A DNA stretch of 64,000 nucleotides from Octopus vulgaris (lineage: Eukaryota): NCBI GenBank assembly GCA_951406725.2, contig OX597828.1, positions 12,400,001 to 12,464,000 on the forward strand, written 5' to 3'. This document shows, in pieces, positions 13,990-26,784 of this stretch. The position numbers were made by a program, and so were the translations under genes. The notes under the pieces were generated by a model, which made no database searches, was not told where the DNA came from, and worked only from the letters and a program-made list of their open reading frames with translations. The first letter of the stretch is position 1. Each line of letters opens with the position of its first letter.

Positions 13990-14138
13990 CAAATAATTCC
14001 GACGTCGAAATTGTTCGGCCCTCCAAAAAATTGGCTAAAATAACGTACAGGCCACCCCGAAAGAACGAAGTGGTGGACGGAATATTTGTCGTGAAATATT
14101 CTGTTGCGCAAAAGGAGAAATATACAGGAGAAATTCTA
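13990..14138 (+). CDS. ITIH-like protein, internal exon A (region preceding the vWA domain)
   Basis: Acceptor tctctttttctAG (13988-89) and donor GTAAGT at 14139. Encodes xNNSDVEIVRPSKKLAKITYRPPRKNEVVDGIFVVKYSVAQKEKYTGEIL, matching the ITIH pattern 'A.I.(F/Y).P...G.F.V.Y.V......GEI'. Phase-0 end joins in frame to exon B. Confidence 0.85.
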
Positions 14139-14260
14139 GTAAGTGATTTTGAATAATTCATTACATATTTTGTAACAAAATAGACAAAAATCAATTACGT
14201 TATTTTCATGTTAGTTACAAACAACTATGCAATCCAATGTACAACCTTCACACACACACG

Positions 14261-14306
<46 letters not shown>

Positions 14307-14429
14307 AGTATGAATATACATTTGTCTATATATATATTTTATATATATATATATATATATTATATGTAGAAAAATACAAACTGGGACAAGAACGTAAAAC
14401 ATTTAGAAGACGATACAAAAAACACGGAT

Positions 14430-14603
14430 GGGACATACATATATATGTATGTGCATGTATATATATATATGTATGTGTGTGTGTATATATATGTATGTGT
14501 GTATATATATATATATGTGTGTATATATATATATATATGTGTGTATATATATATATGTGTGTATATATATGTGTGTGTGTATATATATGTGTGTGTATAT
14601 ATA

Positions 14604-14660
<57 letters not shown>

Positions 14661-14789
14661 ATATATATATGTGTGTATATATATATATATGTGTGTGTGT
14701 GTAAATATATATATGTTTGTGTGTATATATATGTGTATATATATATATATATATATGTGTGTATATGTGTATATGTATTTATACGGATG

Positions 14790-14827
<38 letters not shown>
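14430..14827. repeat. Compound (TA)n/(TG)n microsatellite
   Basis: About 400 bp of mixed TA/TG dinucleotide repeat, the source of the YIYI/CVCV pseudo-ORFs. Similar tracts at 44230-44368, 46776-46860, 55910-56027 and 59280-59481. Confidence 0.95.
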
Positions 14828-14828
<1 letters not shown>

Positions 14829-15015
14829 GAGTGAATTGACAAACGAAAGAGGCACTCAACACATTTAGTAGGAGTTAGTTATTACTATGTATAAAAGTTT
14901 GATTCGGGCCCCTAGCTCCAATCTGCCGGTACTTGTAACGAGCCTACGAAACTAAGTTGCATGAATTGAAATCAAATTGTATTAAATAATGTGTGAATAT
15001 GCGTATTCTGTGTAT

Positions 15016-15068
<53 letters not shown>

Positions 15069-15671
15069 TGTACGTCTAACGTATATATTTATATATGTGT
15101 ATACTTAAGTATATGTGTGTGAATCAGTGTAAATGAACATGATTCATAGACACAAACCACCAAACATATACAAAGACATAACTCGATGCAAATGGCTTCT
15201 AAGAATCTTCATACTGGATTTACTTCTGGCCAAAATTTTATCTCCATTGCTCTTCAATTAATCCATTATCGATTTTTTATCGCTCTAAAAGATTTTGCCT
15301 GAATTAATGCCAGCTCACAAAACAATAAATTTTTTATCACTTCATTAGAAACACATAAAAAAAATAGAACATAGATGCCCTGAGTAGATGTACCGAGGAG
15401 CAATAAACTGGGGTACTTTAGTTTAATGTATTAGTTACTGTTTACTTGTATAGATGTTTCTCTCTCACACACATTTTATGTGTATGTACAAATACATATA
15501 TTAAATTACGAATTACGATCGATGATTACACACACAAACACACATTATATATATATATATATATATATATATGACTGTGCAGATTCCAAAGAGGCTGATC
15601 TGCGTCGGCAAGATTTATATCACTTAGGGAAATCAATAAAAAGAGCACAGTGAACTTGCCGTGAGAAGTGG

Positions 15672-15714
15672 AAAATCTAACGTTTCGGATTGTGACCTTC
15701 TTCAAAGAAAATTT
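15672..15714 (-). ncRNA. Decayed minimal hammerhead motif
   Basis: Minus strand: uuuucu-UUGAAGA-a-gg(ucacaau)cc-GAAAC-GUUA-gauuuu, with C3 changed to U. The surrounding unit (about 15573-15860) is bounded by (TA)n. Confidence 0.5.
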
Positions 15715-16767
15715 GGAATAATGAGAGAAAATTAATGAGAGATGGCAGAGTTGTACATCTTTCAATTTGCAAGCGGTTGAATTCTTTTTTAACTTGGATG
15801 AAAACTGAAACTATCCGAAAAGTTTGTGTTTCCGCTCCTCCCAGGAAGAGTTTTATCATTTTTACTACATATATATATATGTGTGTGTGTATTTGTTTGT
15901 GTGTGTGTATGTGCATGTGGTATGTAGACAAATATACAAATGTACACCCATAAACATCTTGAGTGTATGTGTATACATATATATTAACTTTATACGCAGT
16001 AATTTTTTTTACAACCATTAATATGCGTATATATATATATTTTGTGTGTATTATTAAACCTCCAAATTAGTATGTTTTTCGACACAGTATATGTTTTTCG
16101 AAAATATGTAAATGCCTATAATTTTGTGCATAGTTTTGTTTTGGCAACATAAGTAGCATCTTCATAAAATGTGTACCTGAAAGTGATCTAGAAAATAAAT
16201 TTTAATGTCGATTTGGCAAATGTGTATCACTTAATCCTGTAAAACATATCACCCTGTCAAAGCAAGAAATATTTCATATGGAAATATATTAGGAATAATT
16301 ATGTACGCATATTTGAAAATACCTCGTACGTAAATCTATTTAGCTGTGTAAAATTACAGCGTTAGCTAAGCATATTAAAAATATCTGTTCAAATATAACT
16401 GTGTCTGGTTTTATTTACAAATGTGTTTTTTGATAGGATTATGAGTTGTAGTCGTCTAATTATTTCATATGCTATTTCATCAAGGGTAAATCGTTAATTG
16501 GTTGTGCAAAAAACCAGTACTTTCAAATTATATGCCCATCAACAGAATAATATAAAGCATATGACTGAAAATTGCTGTAAATGTGTAAACGACGGAGCAA
16601 AAATATTTAGAGAATTTATACAATTTTCGAAATTATGAATTCAAAAACTATTTAAAGATCAATTCCTGCAATGATTTTTATGCATTAATATTAAAATATA
16701 TTAAGAAAATATATTTTATGTATGCGTGTATATATATATCAAAGAAGCAGTTAAATTTTTTTTGAAA

Positions 16768-17050
16768 ATGAAGAAAGCACTACATATAGAAAACTGGTCA
16801 TTGCAGTTTGATGGTAAACGTATTGATGACCAAGAAAAATATGTGCTAGTTTTAAAGAATGAACGTAGAGGGATTAAGTTAGAAGCACTCTAATTACCAA
16901 ACGGAAAAGCCGGTACTGTTGTGAAAGGAATAACAGCTGTTTTAGATGAATACAATTTATGGAACTGCGTAAAGATGATTGTCACTGAGACAACGAGTGT
17001 GAACACTGGAAAAAGAAATGGCACTGTCGTTCAGATGCAAATACACTTTT
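16768..17050 (+). mobile_element. DNA transposase fragment, hAT-superfamily-like (hATm-type motifs)
   Basis: Reads WSLQFDGK...EAL*LPNGKAGTVVKGITAVLDEYNLWNCVKMIVTETTSVNTGKRNG, resembling the recalled '(H/Q)(W/F)DGK ... DTT..NTG...G' motifs. One in-frame stop. Family assignment is from memory. Confidence 0.6.
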
Positions 17051-18684
17051 ATTCCTCATCCCTCTTGCGTTTACAAGGATTTACGCAGTGGACATACTGA
17101 AGTGTGAATCTAGTGTCACCTTGTGATTATAGTTTTAAAAGCCCATAACTCCGAAACTACTTCAGCTAGAAAGCTGAAATTTCAGATATACTAATTCTGC
17201 ATTGCATTGAGTCAACACACCAAGTTGGGTAAAAACTTGAGCAGGTGTTATGAACCCCATTTGAATTTTGCATGATTTGGGTCAAAATTGCTGATCAATT
17301 TCTTAAGTTGAGGGTGATGCTTTTTTTTTTTTTTTTTTCAAATGAAGCAAAATAAATGTTAGTTGCCTGATTTTTATGAAATTATTCACCGAATTATAGT
17401 ACTGGGTTATCAGGTTGTGAAAAAGTCATAACCCTAATCTTTATATTCGCGTTTTCGTACAGCAGCGCTTGCACACACACAAACACACACGCACACACAT
17501 ACACACACATACATATATATGTACAGGTGATGAAATAAAGTAGGAATTGTGGGATTGTAGTCGATATACTTGACTATATACCTCACCTAAATTAGAGATC
17601 TTTTGCCTGTACGGAAATAGCAGAGTCTTTAGATAAAACGCCTGTGGTGAACTCAGCATCTTTATCATTTTTACAATCGATAAGATAACGTGTTAGCGTT
17701 ATTCTAACAGACTACACCATCAATTACATGTTCTCCAATTGTTTAACCCTTTCTCTGTAATGTGTATACCACAGGTGATACGCAGGACATATTTCCCTGG
17801 TGTACATGCATCATATAATACACATTCACTATGTTTTCAAACACAACAGTAACTTGAGGTTTATGAAAGGAAGGCTTTATATTTCTTACAACCTATAAAA
17901 GAAGAACAAAGTATATGCCTAAAAACAAGCATGAGCATTTAGAGCAAACTTATGAAGATTATCTACATCCAAGGTCGGTGGATTGGCTGACTTTGCAGAG
18001 CGGGAAATAAAAGGCATTGCTCTGCCGAGTTCAAATTTTGCCGAACTCAGTTTCGCCTTTCCTTTCTTTCTGAGGGAGAGACTAATAAAACATAGAACTA
18101 ACCAATTCTTGGCTTCTGTTTAATCAGCTACAACCACCCCAAGCAAGCTACGTGCAAGTAGTGCAAGACATGTACGATTTTTTAAAAAAAATCAATATTA
18201 TCTGCCATATACAAAGTATGAAGGAAGAGCTATTCAAATCCTATTCTAAATCATCGATTTTTTTAAACTACAGCGTCTTTGTGGTGGTGTACCCTGAATG
18301 CTTAGGTTATTTAGAATGAATGGACGTAAGTAAACGTAATTAAAATCTTCCTCATAACGACAAAAGTATTCATGTGGATGTAGGCAGCATTAGTAAAGAA
18401 ATATAATGAACTGAATGTGCTTATTAAATCCGGTTTTATACGAACATACGTGTGTGTGGGGGGGGACAAGAGTGCAGTGTCTGTAAATAGATAGATGACT
18501 ATAGACAGATATACTGATACGTATACGTATAATGATATATATGTGTATACATGCATACAAATAAATATAATTTATATGATTTATATACATATGAATTATA
18601 TGCATATATAATTTTTATATATAATATAATTTATATACATGTAATTTATTTATATATGCAAAATATAATTTTTACATATCTATC

Positions 18685-18717
<33 letters not shown>

Positions 18718-18721
18718 ATAA

Positions 18722-19053
18722 AATCATTACCAATATTATATACTTAATGTACGTGTGTTGCTTAAACGACAAGTGCTGCGGATTTTCGTTCGGACAAAAA
18801 TCCCTTAAAACACATACGGTCTTAAAAAAAAAAACAATATAATTCAGAGATAAGCAAAGCTAAATTGCACCAAAACTAATCTCCAAACCGATAGATGCTT
18901 ATTTTGCTCTATTCACAGCTTATCGATACCGTGCATTCGAATATAAAGTACACTGCATCTTTTAACACTATACGTTTTTAAAAGGACGATAAACTGTAGT
19001 CTCTGGCGTTTAAACAACACACGGGCGTTAAGTATATCGTGTTGATAATGATT
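18722..19053. mobile_element. MITE-like element with about 49-bp imperfect TIRs
   Basis: Left end aatcattaccaatattatatacttaatgtacgtgtgttgcttaaacg matches the reverse complement of the right end, aatcattatcaacacgatatacttaacgcccgtgtgttgtttaaacg. Confidence 0.7.
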
Positions 19054-19644
19054 ACATTACACACACACACACACACGCACACACATCCATACAAAAGCTG
19101 TGTACGGGTGTGGAAATCAGCTGCCCAAGCGGATGTTGACATAAAGCTAAAGATCTGTGGAAAAGGAAATTAACTATTCTGGACTATTGAGAAATCTACA
19201 GTTACTTTATCTGGTTTACAAGCTCAGGTTTGTCCCTGTAATTATTGGGGCACTGGGATATGTGTGACACACTGCCTAAATACCAATCTTTAGAAATTAG
19301 GCTTCTGAAAGCCAGAAAGAAAGCTGATTCGGGGACTATAAATCTAAGCCATCACTGGAAATTTATCTTTTAAGTTCATGTCGTGGCATGAGAATACATA
19401 CCTGAAAGAAAACATACAAATCTGCGCATAAACATACATATATATACATAGATACACTGTTGATATTGTTGAAATTCTAACGAAAGAGCCTTGGAAAGAG
19501 CTTGGGGGCGGAACACATACGCCATAGAAACCGGGAAACCGGCCCCATAAGCCTGGCTATGCTTGAAAAGGGCGCATAAATAAAAAAATACATAATATAT
19601 CTTATGAACTTCTCTAATCTTTTTCTTTTCGTTTCTTTTTCCAG

Positions 19645-19930
19645 TCATCAAATGGTTATTTTGTCCACTACTTTATCCCTGAAAAACTGAAACCCATGAA
19701 AAAAGATATTTTATTTCTGCTAGACACCAGTAGTTCAATGATTGGTCGTAAGACGGACCAGCTAAGATCTGCTATGAAATTAATACTCAATGATTTAACT
19801 GGAGGAGAACGTTTTAACGTTTTGGATTTCAGTCATAAATTAGTGTTTTGGCGGCCAAAAATGACTTTATGGAGCGAGAAAAATAAAAACGATTGCTTAA
19901 AATGGATAAATCAAAGGCCAATTGGTGGTA
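19645..19930 (+). CDS. ITIH-like protein, exon B (start of vWA domain, MIDAS DxSxS)
   Basis: Long polypyrimidine tract then ccAG (19643-44). Encodes SSNGYFVHYFIPEKLKPMKKDILFLLDTSSSMIGRKTDQLRSAMKLILNDLTGGERFNVLDFS...QRPIGG, the hallmark ITIH motif NGYFVHYF.P followed by DxSxSM. Donor GTAAGT at 19931, phase 1. Confidence 0.93.
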
Positions 19931-20995
19931 GTAAGTATTGCCATTTTTACTTCATCGGTTTTGTTTGTATGTTTGCTGAATGTATGGATAGATTCTTCGG
20001 AGAATATATATTGTTGAAGCGACAGGTACTCTATGAGCCAATTACATAAAAGTAACTTCTGTGCAACTATGTGGCAACTTGGGCATGCGTTTTATCTATT
20101 ATTTGTTTTTAAATTAAATAGAGTTTTACAAATACTTAAAAAATTAAATTCGCTGCACGCAAATCATGTCATCGTGAGTATTTGTGTGTCTATGAACGTC
20201 TGTATATATATGGTAGAATCTGTCAAATTTAAGAAAGGTGCAAGTTTGGATTCCATATTTTTCTGTCTAAGAATTTTTTAGTCTAATCTTACACACGAGA
20301 ATTTTATAGCTTTATCTATTTCGACTTCCACCGTTAGAAACATATAGTAAAGATGAAGCGTGAATAGAGAGGTGGGTGGACAGAAAGATTGAAAAGAATG
20401 ATAATGGTGGTGGCGTGAGACCGACAGGTAAATTATAAAATATTGATGATGGTGTAAATAATTTTTGAAAAATTATTTATTTATTTATTTAGTTTAGCTA
20501 TCCAATCATTTATCATGCTTCGATTAACTTCTTGTGCTACATTTATTGACAAAACAAACAAAACATCAAAATAAGACACAAAAAAAACTAAAACAAAAAC
20601 GGCACACACGTTCGCGTTCATACAACAAAGAATAGGCTATTCGATAAAACCGCCTTCAGGCTACAATCAGATAACTCCTCCCCTCCACACAGAGACACAT
20701 ATGCAACGTACACAGTGACAGCTCCTAACGAGCCTTTCACCAGTGAGACTACATGTCTGTTTCCAACCAATCGCGCCAGATACTTCAAGCCAGGTGTCCG
20801 AACCAAGCGATCTAGTGAAGAAACTGTGTTGAATGTCACATGACAGTAAAAATTCTCGGCCAATTACTCTAGAGCATCGTGTACCATGTAGGATGGAGCA
20901 GGGCCTCACAGGGAGACGCAGTTCCCCCTCCCTGGGCACCCTCTTCAATCTAGGTCTTGTTCACATGACTAACACATCCATGCAAGTGATGATGT

Positions 20996-21478
20996 CTTCT
21001 TCTTCTTCCAATCAGGACTCACGCCATAAGCCACAAAGAATAATCTCTAATTCGAGCCTACTCTAAGCTACTCAGAATGCGTGTGGTAACTTGAAGATCC
21101 ACCCACCACACGCGATAGATTGGCGGTTGCACGGGCGCGAAAGCTACGTTGTTATCCTCATTCCGTAAACGGTGGCTTTTAACGAGTGAAAAGCTGAACC
21201 ATCCTGGGGTACAGAAGATTCGCAATCTAGACTAGGGTCTGAAAGTTTTACCACACCATAGTGAGTTACATCATGGTTCCTCTGCTTTGTGACAGAAGTA
21301 GGAAGAATGAGTGAGAGAAAGTTGTGGTGAAAGAGGACAGCGGGGTTGACCACCACCACCCCCGCCGGTACTCGTGGAGCTTAGGTGTTTTTGCTCAATA
21401 AACACTCACAATATCCGCTCTGGAAATCGAAACCGCGTTCTTACGACCGCGAGTCCGCTGCCCTAACTTGCGCCTCCA
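20996..21478 (-). mobile_element. Full-length tRNA-headed SINE, variant E (family C head, unique body, (GAA)n tail), with TSD
   Basis: 13-bp TSD caagtgatgatgt at 20983-20995 and 21479-21491. Reverse-complement homologue of 6513-6984. Confidence 0.85.
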
Positions 21479-22452
21479 CAAGTGATGATGTTGACTCTGA
21501 AACTTAATGGAAAGTAGTGAGTTAGCCCGATATTGCCCTGGTTGCTCAAGAACCTAGAACTATCAGAAAGGACCACAACTCGATGTGCATCATCGTATTT
21601 TCGTGAGTACCCCGCAGAGCCATCCGTCGCCCCTCTTCTTCACCTTCAGATCCTAATCAAAGATTAAGTCATCTTTGATCTGAGTGCTTAAGTAGTCAAA
21701 TCAGAAAATTACATAGTAACCTGAAATAGACACGCCTTAAAAGTATTGCCTCGGCATGAAACTAGCTAAAGAATAAGAAAATATATTCTTTAGCTGTTCG
21801 TGCAAAAATCTATGTAAGATAACATTTTTAGCACCCAACAGGTAAACATTCATCCAGATCTATTAAAATCGATTTACTTAACTTAGGCAGTAAATGCTAT
21901 TCAGAGCTCCTCTCTAATAATGCTTTGAGGTTTTTTATTGTGATTGATCAAAGTGATTTATAGTGCTCATTGATGATTTTTTTAATACCAAACTACCTGA
22001 GACCGACACAGAATCTATGATACAAAACGTGACGTTTTAAAGAGTTTGCATTGAACATTTTCCAATAACAAACTTGCATAAAGTTATGTTCCAAATTAAA
22101 AGCATTTAATAAAGAAAAACTAGATATTTTTACTGCATCTTTCCACGTTTTCAATTATAATTATCAAGTAAACGTATCTCATTAGAAATATCGACACGAA
22201 AAGTGTTGAATGCCAAATTTGCGCCTAATTAAATAACATCATTTCAAATTGCTAGAAATCGGAAGGTTTAGTATAGAGTTTACAAATTTAATTAGGAGGC
22301 CAAATGATTTTATTAATTAAAATATTATATAATTGTTTGACTGGTCTGAAAAGAGGTTTGAAAATCATATAGCGCTCTGTGGAAATGTAAGAAATAAATA
22401 AAAATATCAATGTGTCTAAGACACAACACACAAGTCAAATACATATATACAT

Positions 22453-22513
<61 letters not shown>

Positions 22514-24054
22514 AGTCTGTATGTCTGTGTGAATATGAGAAACTAATTAAAGGCATATTAATTACTATACAAGCATATTAATTACCATACAAAATACGTT
22601 CTTGATTCTATTGCCATATGAAGGACACCGCAGCAATTTCATTGTACAACTCAATCTCATTTCAGGTAAGAAGTAACTTGAGTATCACTTTCCAGAGGCT
22701 ACAGTTGTTATGTCTAGCAGGTCGAGTAATCTCTTATCGCTTACCAGAGAACATAACTGTATTGTAGCGAACTTAATTCAATTTGCACTTTCCTTTCCTT
22801 CTCACTTAGAGATCTAAAGGGCAGTCATGCAGAAGGTTTTTTGGAGTGTTGGATTTAATGCATGGAACTGTTTAGTAATTCCTCAATCTGTTTAAACGTT
22901 TGAATACTGCCGAAGTCAGCTTCGACTTCAATCATCAAGTCCATAGTTCTCAGTCGGTATCGGCGATGTTTATCCAAGTAGTTTGAATTACCAACTCATT
23001 CTACTCTAGTGCAAGCGATCGACTATCTCAAAGATTCGTGTATTCTTAATACAACTCTTGGGTAGGTTCAGTGTGACATTCTATGTGAGATTTGGTCTTT
23101 GAAAGATGAGGCCAAAAAGATACAGCAAAAGACGATTGTACAAGGTACCACGCGGTAGGATCGAACTCACCACCTCATGATTGCAAAGCCAAATTTTAAA
23201 CAACTTAGCCATGCCTGCGTGTATATATATATCTTCGTATCTTTTACTTGTTTCAGTCATTAGACTGTAGCTATGCTGGGGCACTGCCTTGAAGGGTTTA
23301 GCCAAATAAATCGATGCCTAAATATTTTGCTAATCTCATAGTCATTCTACCGGTCCCTTTTCCCGAAATGTTATGTTACAAAGACATAAAACAACCAACA
23401 CTGGTTGTGAGGTTTGGGTGGGAGACAAGCACAACTCAGACCCAAAGACGAACACTTGTACGCGCGCGCACATACACACACATATATGTAGTGTGTATGT
23501 AAAAGACTTCCACACATACTCCATCAACCAAAATTCAATCACAAGACACTGGTCAGACCACAGTTATAGTAGAAGTTATAAGCCAAAGGAGACGCGTAGT
23601 AGGACCGAAACCGAAACCACGAGTTAGATGTTTTGCAAACAACTTGTACATGCAAGTGCTACTAGTCGAAAGCTCCGTATACCGGAAGCCAGCCAGTGTA
23701 TGGGGTGATCAGGAGAGATCGCGCGCCGTTTCGGATCCTACCTCTTGACGACATCATTGCGCACCGGACCCCTCACTGATATGAGGCCCGCTTGCTAGAT
23801 CAACTGGTTATCAAATATAGCTCAATATTCTTCTAGCCATCGCTCATCGTCTCTTTTTAACAAAATTCACACACGTACACATAAGAGATTTTTTATAGGA
23901 TCCAAAACGCTGAATTCCTCTCAAAAGATATTGATTAATCCAAGCTTATTATAAAAACACCTCTGTGCCGCGCAGTAGTATCGAAAGTAGAACCACATAG
24001 TTGCAAAGCACACATTTTAACCCTGCAGATATCTCTAAGCCTATTTCTTTTGTA

Positions 24055-24224
24055 GTTATCTTTTACTTGCTCCAGTCACTAGAGGGCGGAGATGATGAGG
24101 CACCGCCTTAAAGAATATTTAGTTAAATTAATTGATCCTACTATCTTTTAAAGTTGGTAATTATTCTATCGGTCCGTTTTTCCGAACCGCTAAATTCAAG
24201 GGACATAAACACACCATCAGCGAT

Positions 24225-24275
<51 letters not shown>

Positions 24276-24577
24276 CACGCGGCGGGCTTCTTTTCAATTT
24301 CCCTTCTAGCAAATCCACTGAGAAGACTTTCAGACCTGGTACTTATTCTATCGGTCTGTTTTAACGAACAGCTAAATTCAAGGGACGTAAACACACCATC
24401 AGCGATATATATACACGCGGCAGGCTTCTTTTCAATTTCCGTCTAGCAAATCCACTGATAAGGCTTTGATCGCCCCGAGGCTATAGTAGAAGACACTTGC
24501 CCAAGTTGCCACGCAGACTGAACCTGGAATGATGTGGTTGGGAAGCAAACCTCTTACCACGCAGCAACGCCTGCGCC
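24055..24577 (-). mobile_element. SINE family A copy with an internal tandem duplication
   Basis: The block at about 24155-24320 is repeated at about 24337-24458. Confidence 0.8.
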
Positions 24578-24587
24578 AACTGGCTTC

Positions 24588-24638
24588 AATCAAATGTAGG
24601 TCATATCCTCATTTTGAGGATATGACCTACATTTGATT
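24588..24638. repeat. Perfect 24-bp inverted repeat with 3-nt loop
   Basis: aatcaaatgtaggtcatatcctca-ttt-tgaggatatgacctacatttgatt. Confidence 0.95.
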
Positions 24639-26749
24639 AGATCGTACTTGATTTAGTGACGCCAAATGAATTAAAGACGAAGTCGACCTTGGCTGTATTA
24701 GAATTTCTGACACATGTGTACTAAACTAAATACTGCCATGTATGTATAATATGGGTTTTAACACTTCTGTGCTTTTATTTTTTAATAAAAAGAAAGAAGA
24801 CTTTTTGAGTGACCTTGAAAAGATTTTGCATTGTTAAACATAGGCTGAGTTAGGAATAGCTATGCAATTACACTAATGCCTGATTTTCAGTCATAATTTC
24901 AGATAAAGTAGGGTGTAATTTGATAACATTGCACTTATTTTTTAAATGTTTTCAGTTGATCTGATTTAAATTCTCTTCAATACTTTCATATATTCCCATA
25001 CAATTACTTATTTGCAATTGTAATGAACTGTGTCAAGTCTTCTATATATATTTAAATACAAGTCATGTCTGGTAAAGAGGTACCTTCTATATGATCACTC
25101 TTCCAGCCAGAAATATGAAACCGCCCTCAAATCACACCGTTCTTTGACATGCATTCACCAAGGCACACGTGCCTCTCTAGCTAGAGGAATATTTCTCTCG
25201 GCTCCACCCAGCGCTGTGTATTTGGCGCTGTCCTTAGTTTCGCAGATTTCTTTACTCTTCACTCTAGCCCTGCAAGATAACGAAGGCGCTTTTGGCAAGA
25301 TTTTACTTAGATCTGAAGCTGATATCCGATTCCGAGAATTCACGTCTCTGGATTATCGGTCCCCGAGAGGTGAAAATTGACCTCGATAACAGATGATCTC
25401 AAAGCATAGAGATTCCGCCGCCTCACCATATCATAAAATAATAAAACATCCTTTTGGAGCTTTATGGCAACATAAGGGTTGGTTTCCCAGTTTCTGTGGA
25501 GTATATATATTAACCCCCTGGATGGGAAGCCGGTCTGTCGAAAAATTACTCATATTTGATGGCTGATTGGACTCGAGCAACATGAAATGAATTGTTTTAC
25601 TGAAGAACACGAGTCGCCTGGACCAGGAATTGAAGCCACAATCTTTCGACCATGAGTCCATCTCCCTGACCACTAGATCATACATCTCCACTTAACCATA
25701 CCATACCGCCTTTAAAATTCAATTAAGCACCTCACACTCTATGGAACATAGGCTGACGACGGTTGTCCCCAATGTTCTCGACTCCGGTTTATCTTTTCTG
25801 TAGCCTATCCAGCCCTGAGGATAGGTCTTACTTCTCTCGTGTCTTGCTAGCTTGAATTGTCATTAGTGCTTCTGTAATTTTGCATGTTTTCTAGATAGGG
25901 ATGTTTTAACCCTACACAAACCCATTTTTACCTTAGGAAGATGTAATCCATATTAGTCTGACCTCTGTCCTTTGACATGTCAAAGCATGGGTGGCCCAGC
26001 CAGGAGCTTACTCATATGCTGGTATCGCTAGACAATTACATCAACCCCAATGCTCAACTCGTACTTATTTCATCGACCACGAAAGGATATAAGTTGAAGT
26101 CGAGCTCGGCGGAATTTGAATTCGGAACGAAATGCCGCTAAGAGTTTTGTCTGGTGAGCCAACGATTGTGTCAGTTTTCCACCTGAGTAATAATGATCCT
26201 TTCTACGTGTAACACAAGGCCCAAAATTTTCAGGTGCGGCGCTAGTCGATTACCTAGACTCCACTGCTAAACTGCTATTTATTTTATAGACCCCGAAAGG
26301 ATGAAAGACAAAGATGACTAGGCGGAATTTGAACTCAGATCGTAAAGAGCTGGAAGAAATATCGCTAAAATGTTATCCAACGTGCTAACAACTATTCCTG
26401 CTCACCGCCTTACGTCGACTTGAAGAAGTGGGATGGCGAATTTCTGGACAAAAGATTTTATCGTGTTGCCTTTACATTTGGGATTCCTTCCGACGCATCC
26501 CATCTGAACGGTTCCCCCTTGGGCTGTGGAAACCACTAGAATAGCTTATTTTATTTCATTCTAATAACACCGTTGTAAAGCACACTACCGCTACTGGATC
26601 GTTAACATATAATGATTTCAAAGTGGTTGTTATTATGATAAGATCTATAATTTTGGTTATCATTATAATTATTTTTATTGCTAATAATCTTAGGTTCATC
26701 ATATACATTACATACATAAATGTGTGTATGTGTGTATGCAATTATGGAT

Positions 26750-26783
<34 letters not shown>

Positions 26784-26784
<1 letters not shown>

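Noticed and set aside
14237-14868. Long ORFs on both strands ([12 protein letters not shown] peptides)
   Set aside because: Translations of TA/TG/CA microsatellites. The same applies to the ORFs at 44116-44495, 55807-56205 and 59192-59512.
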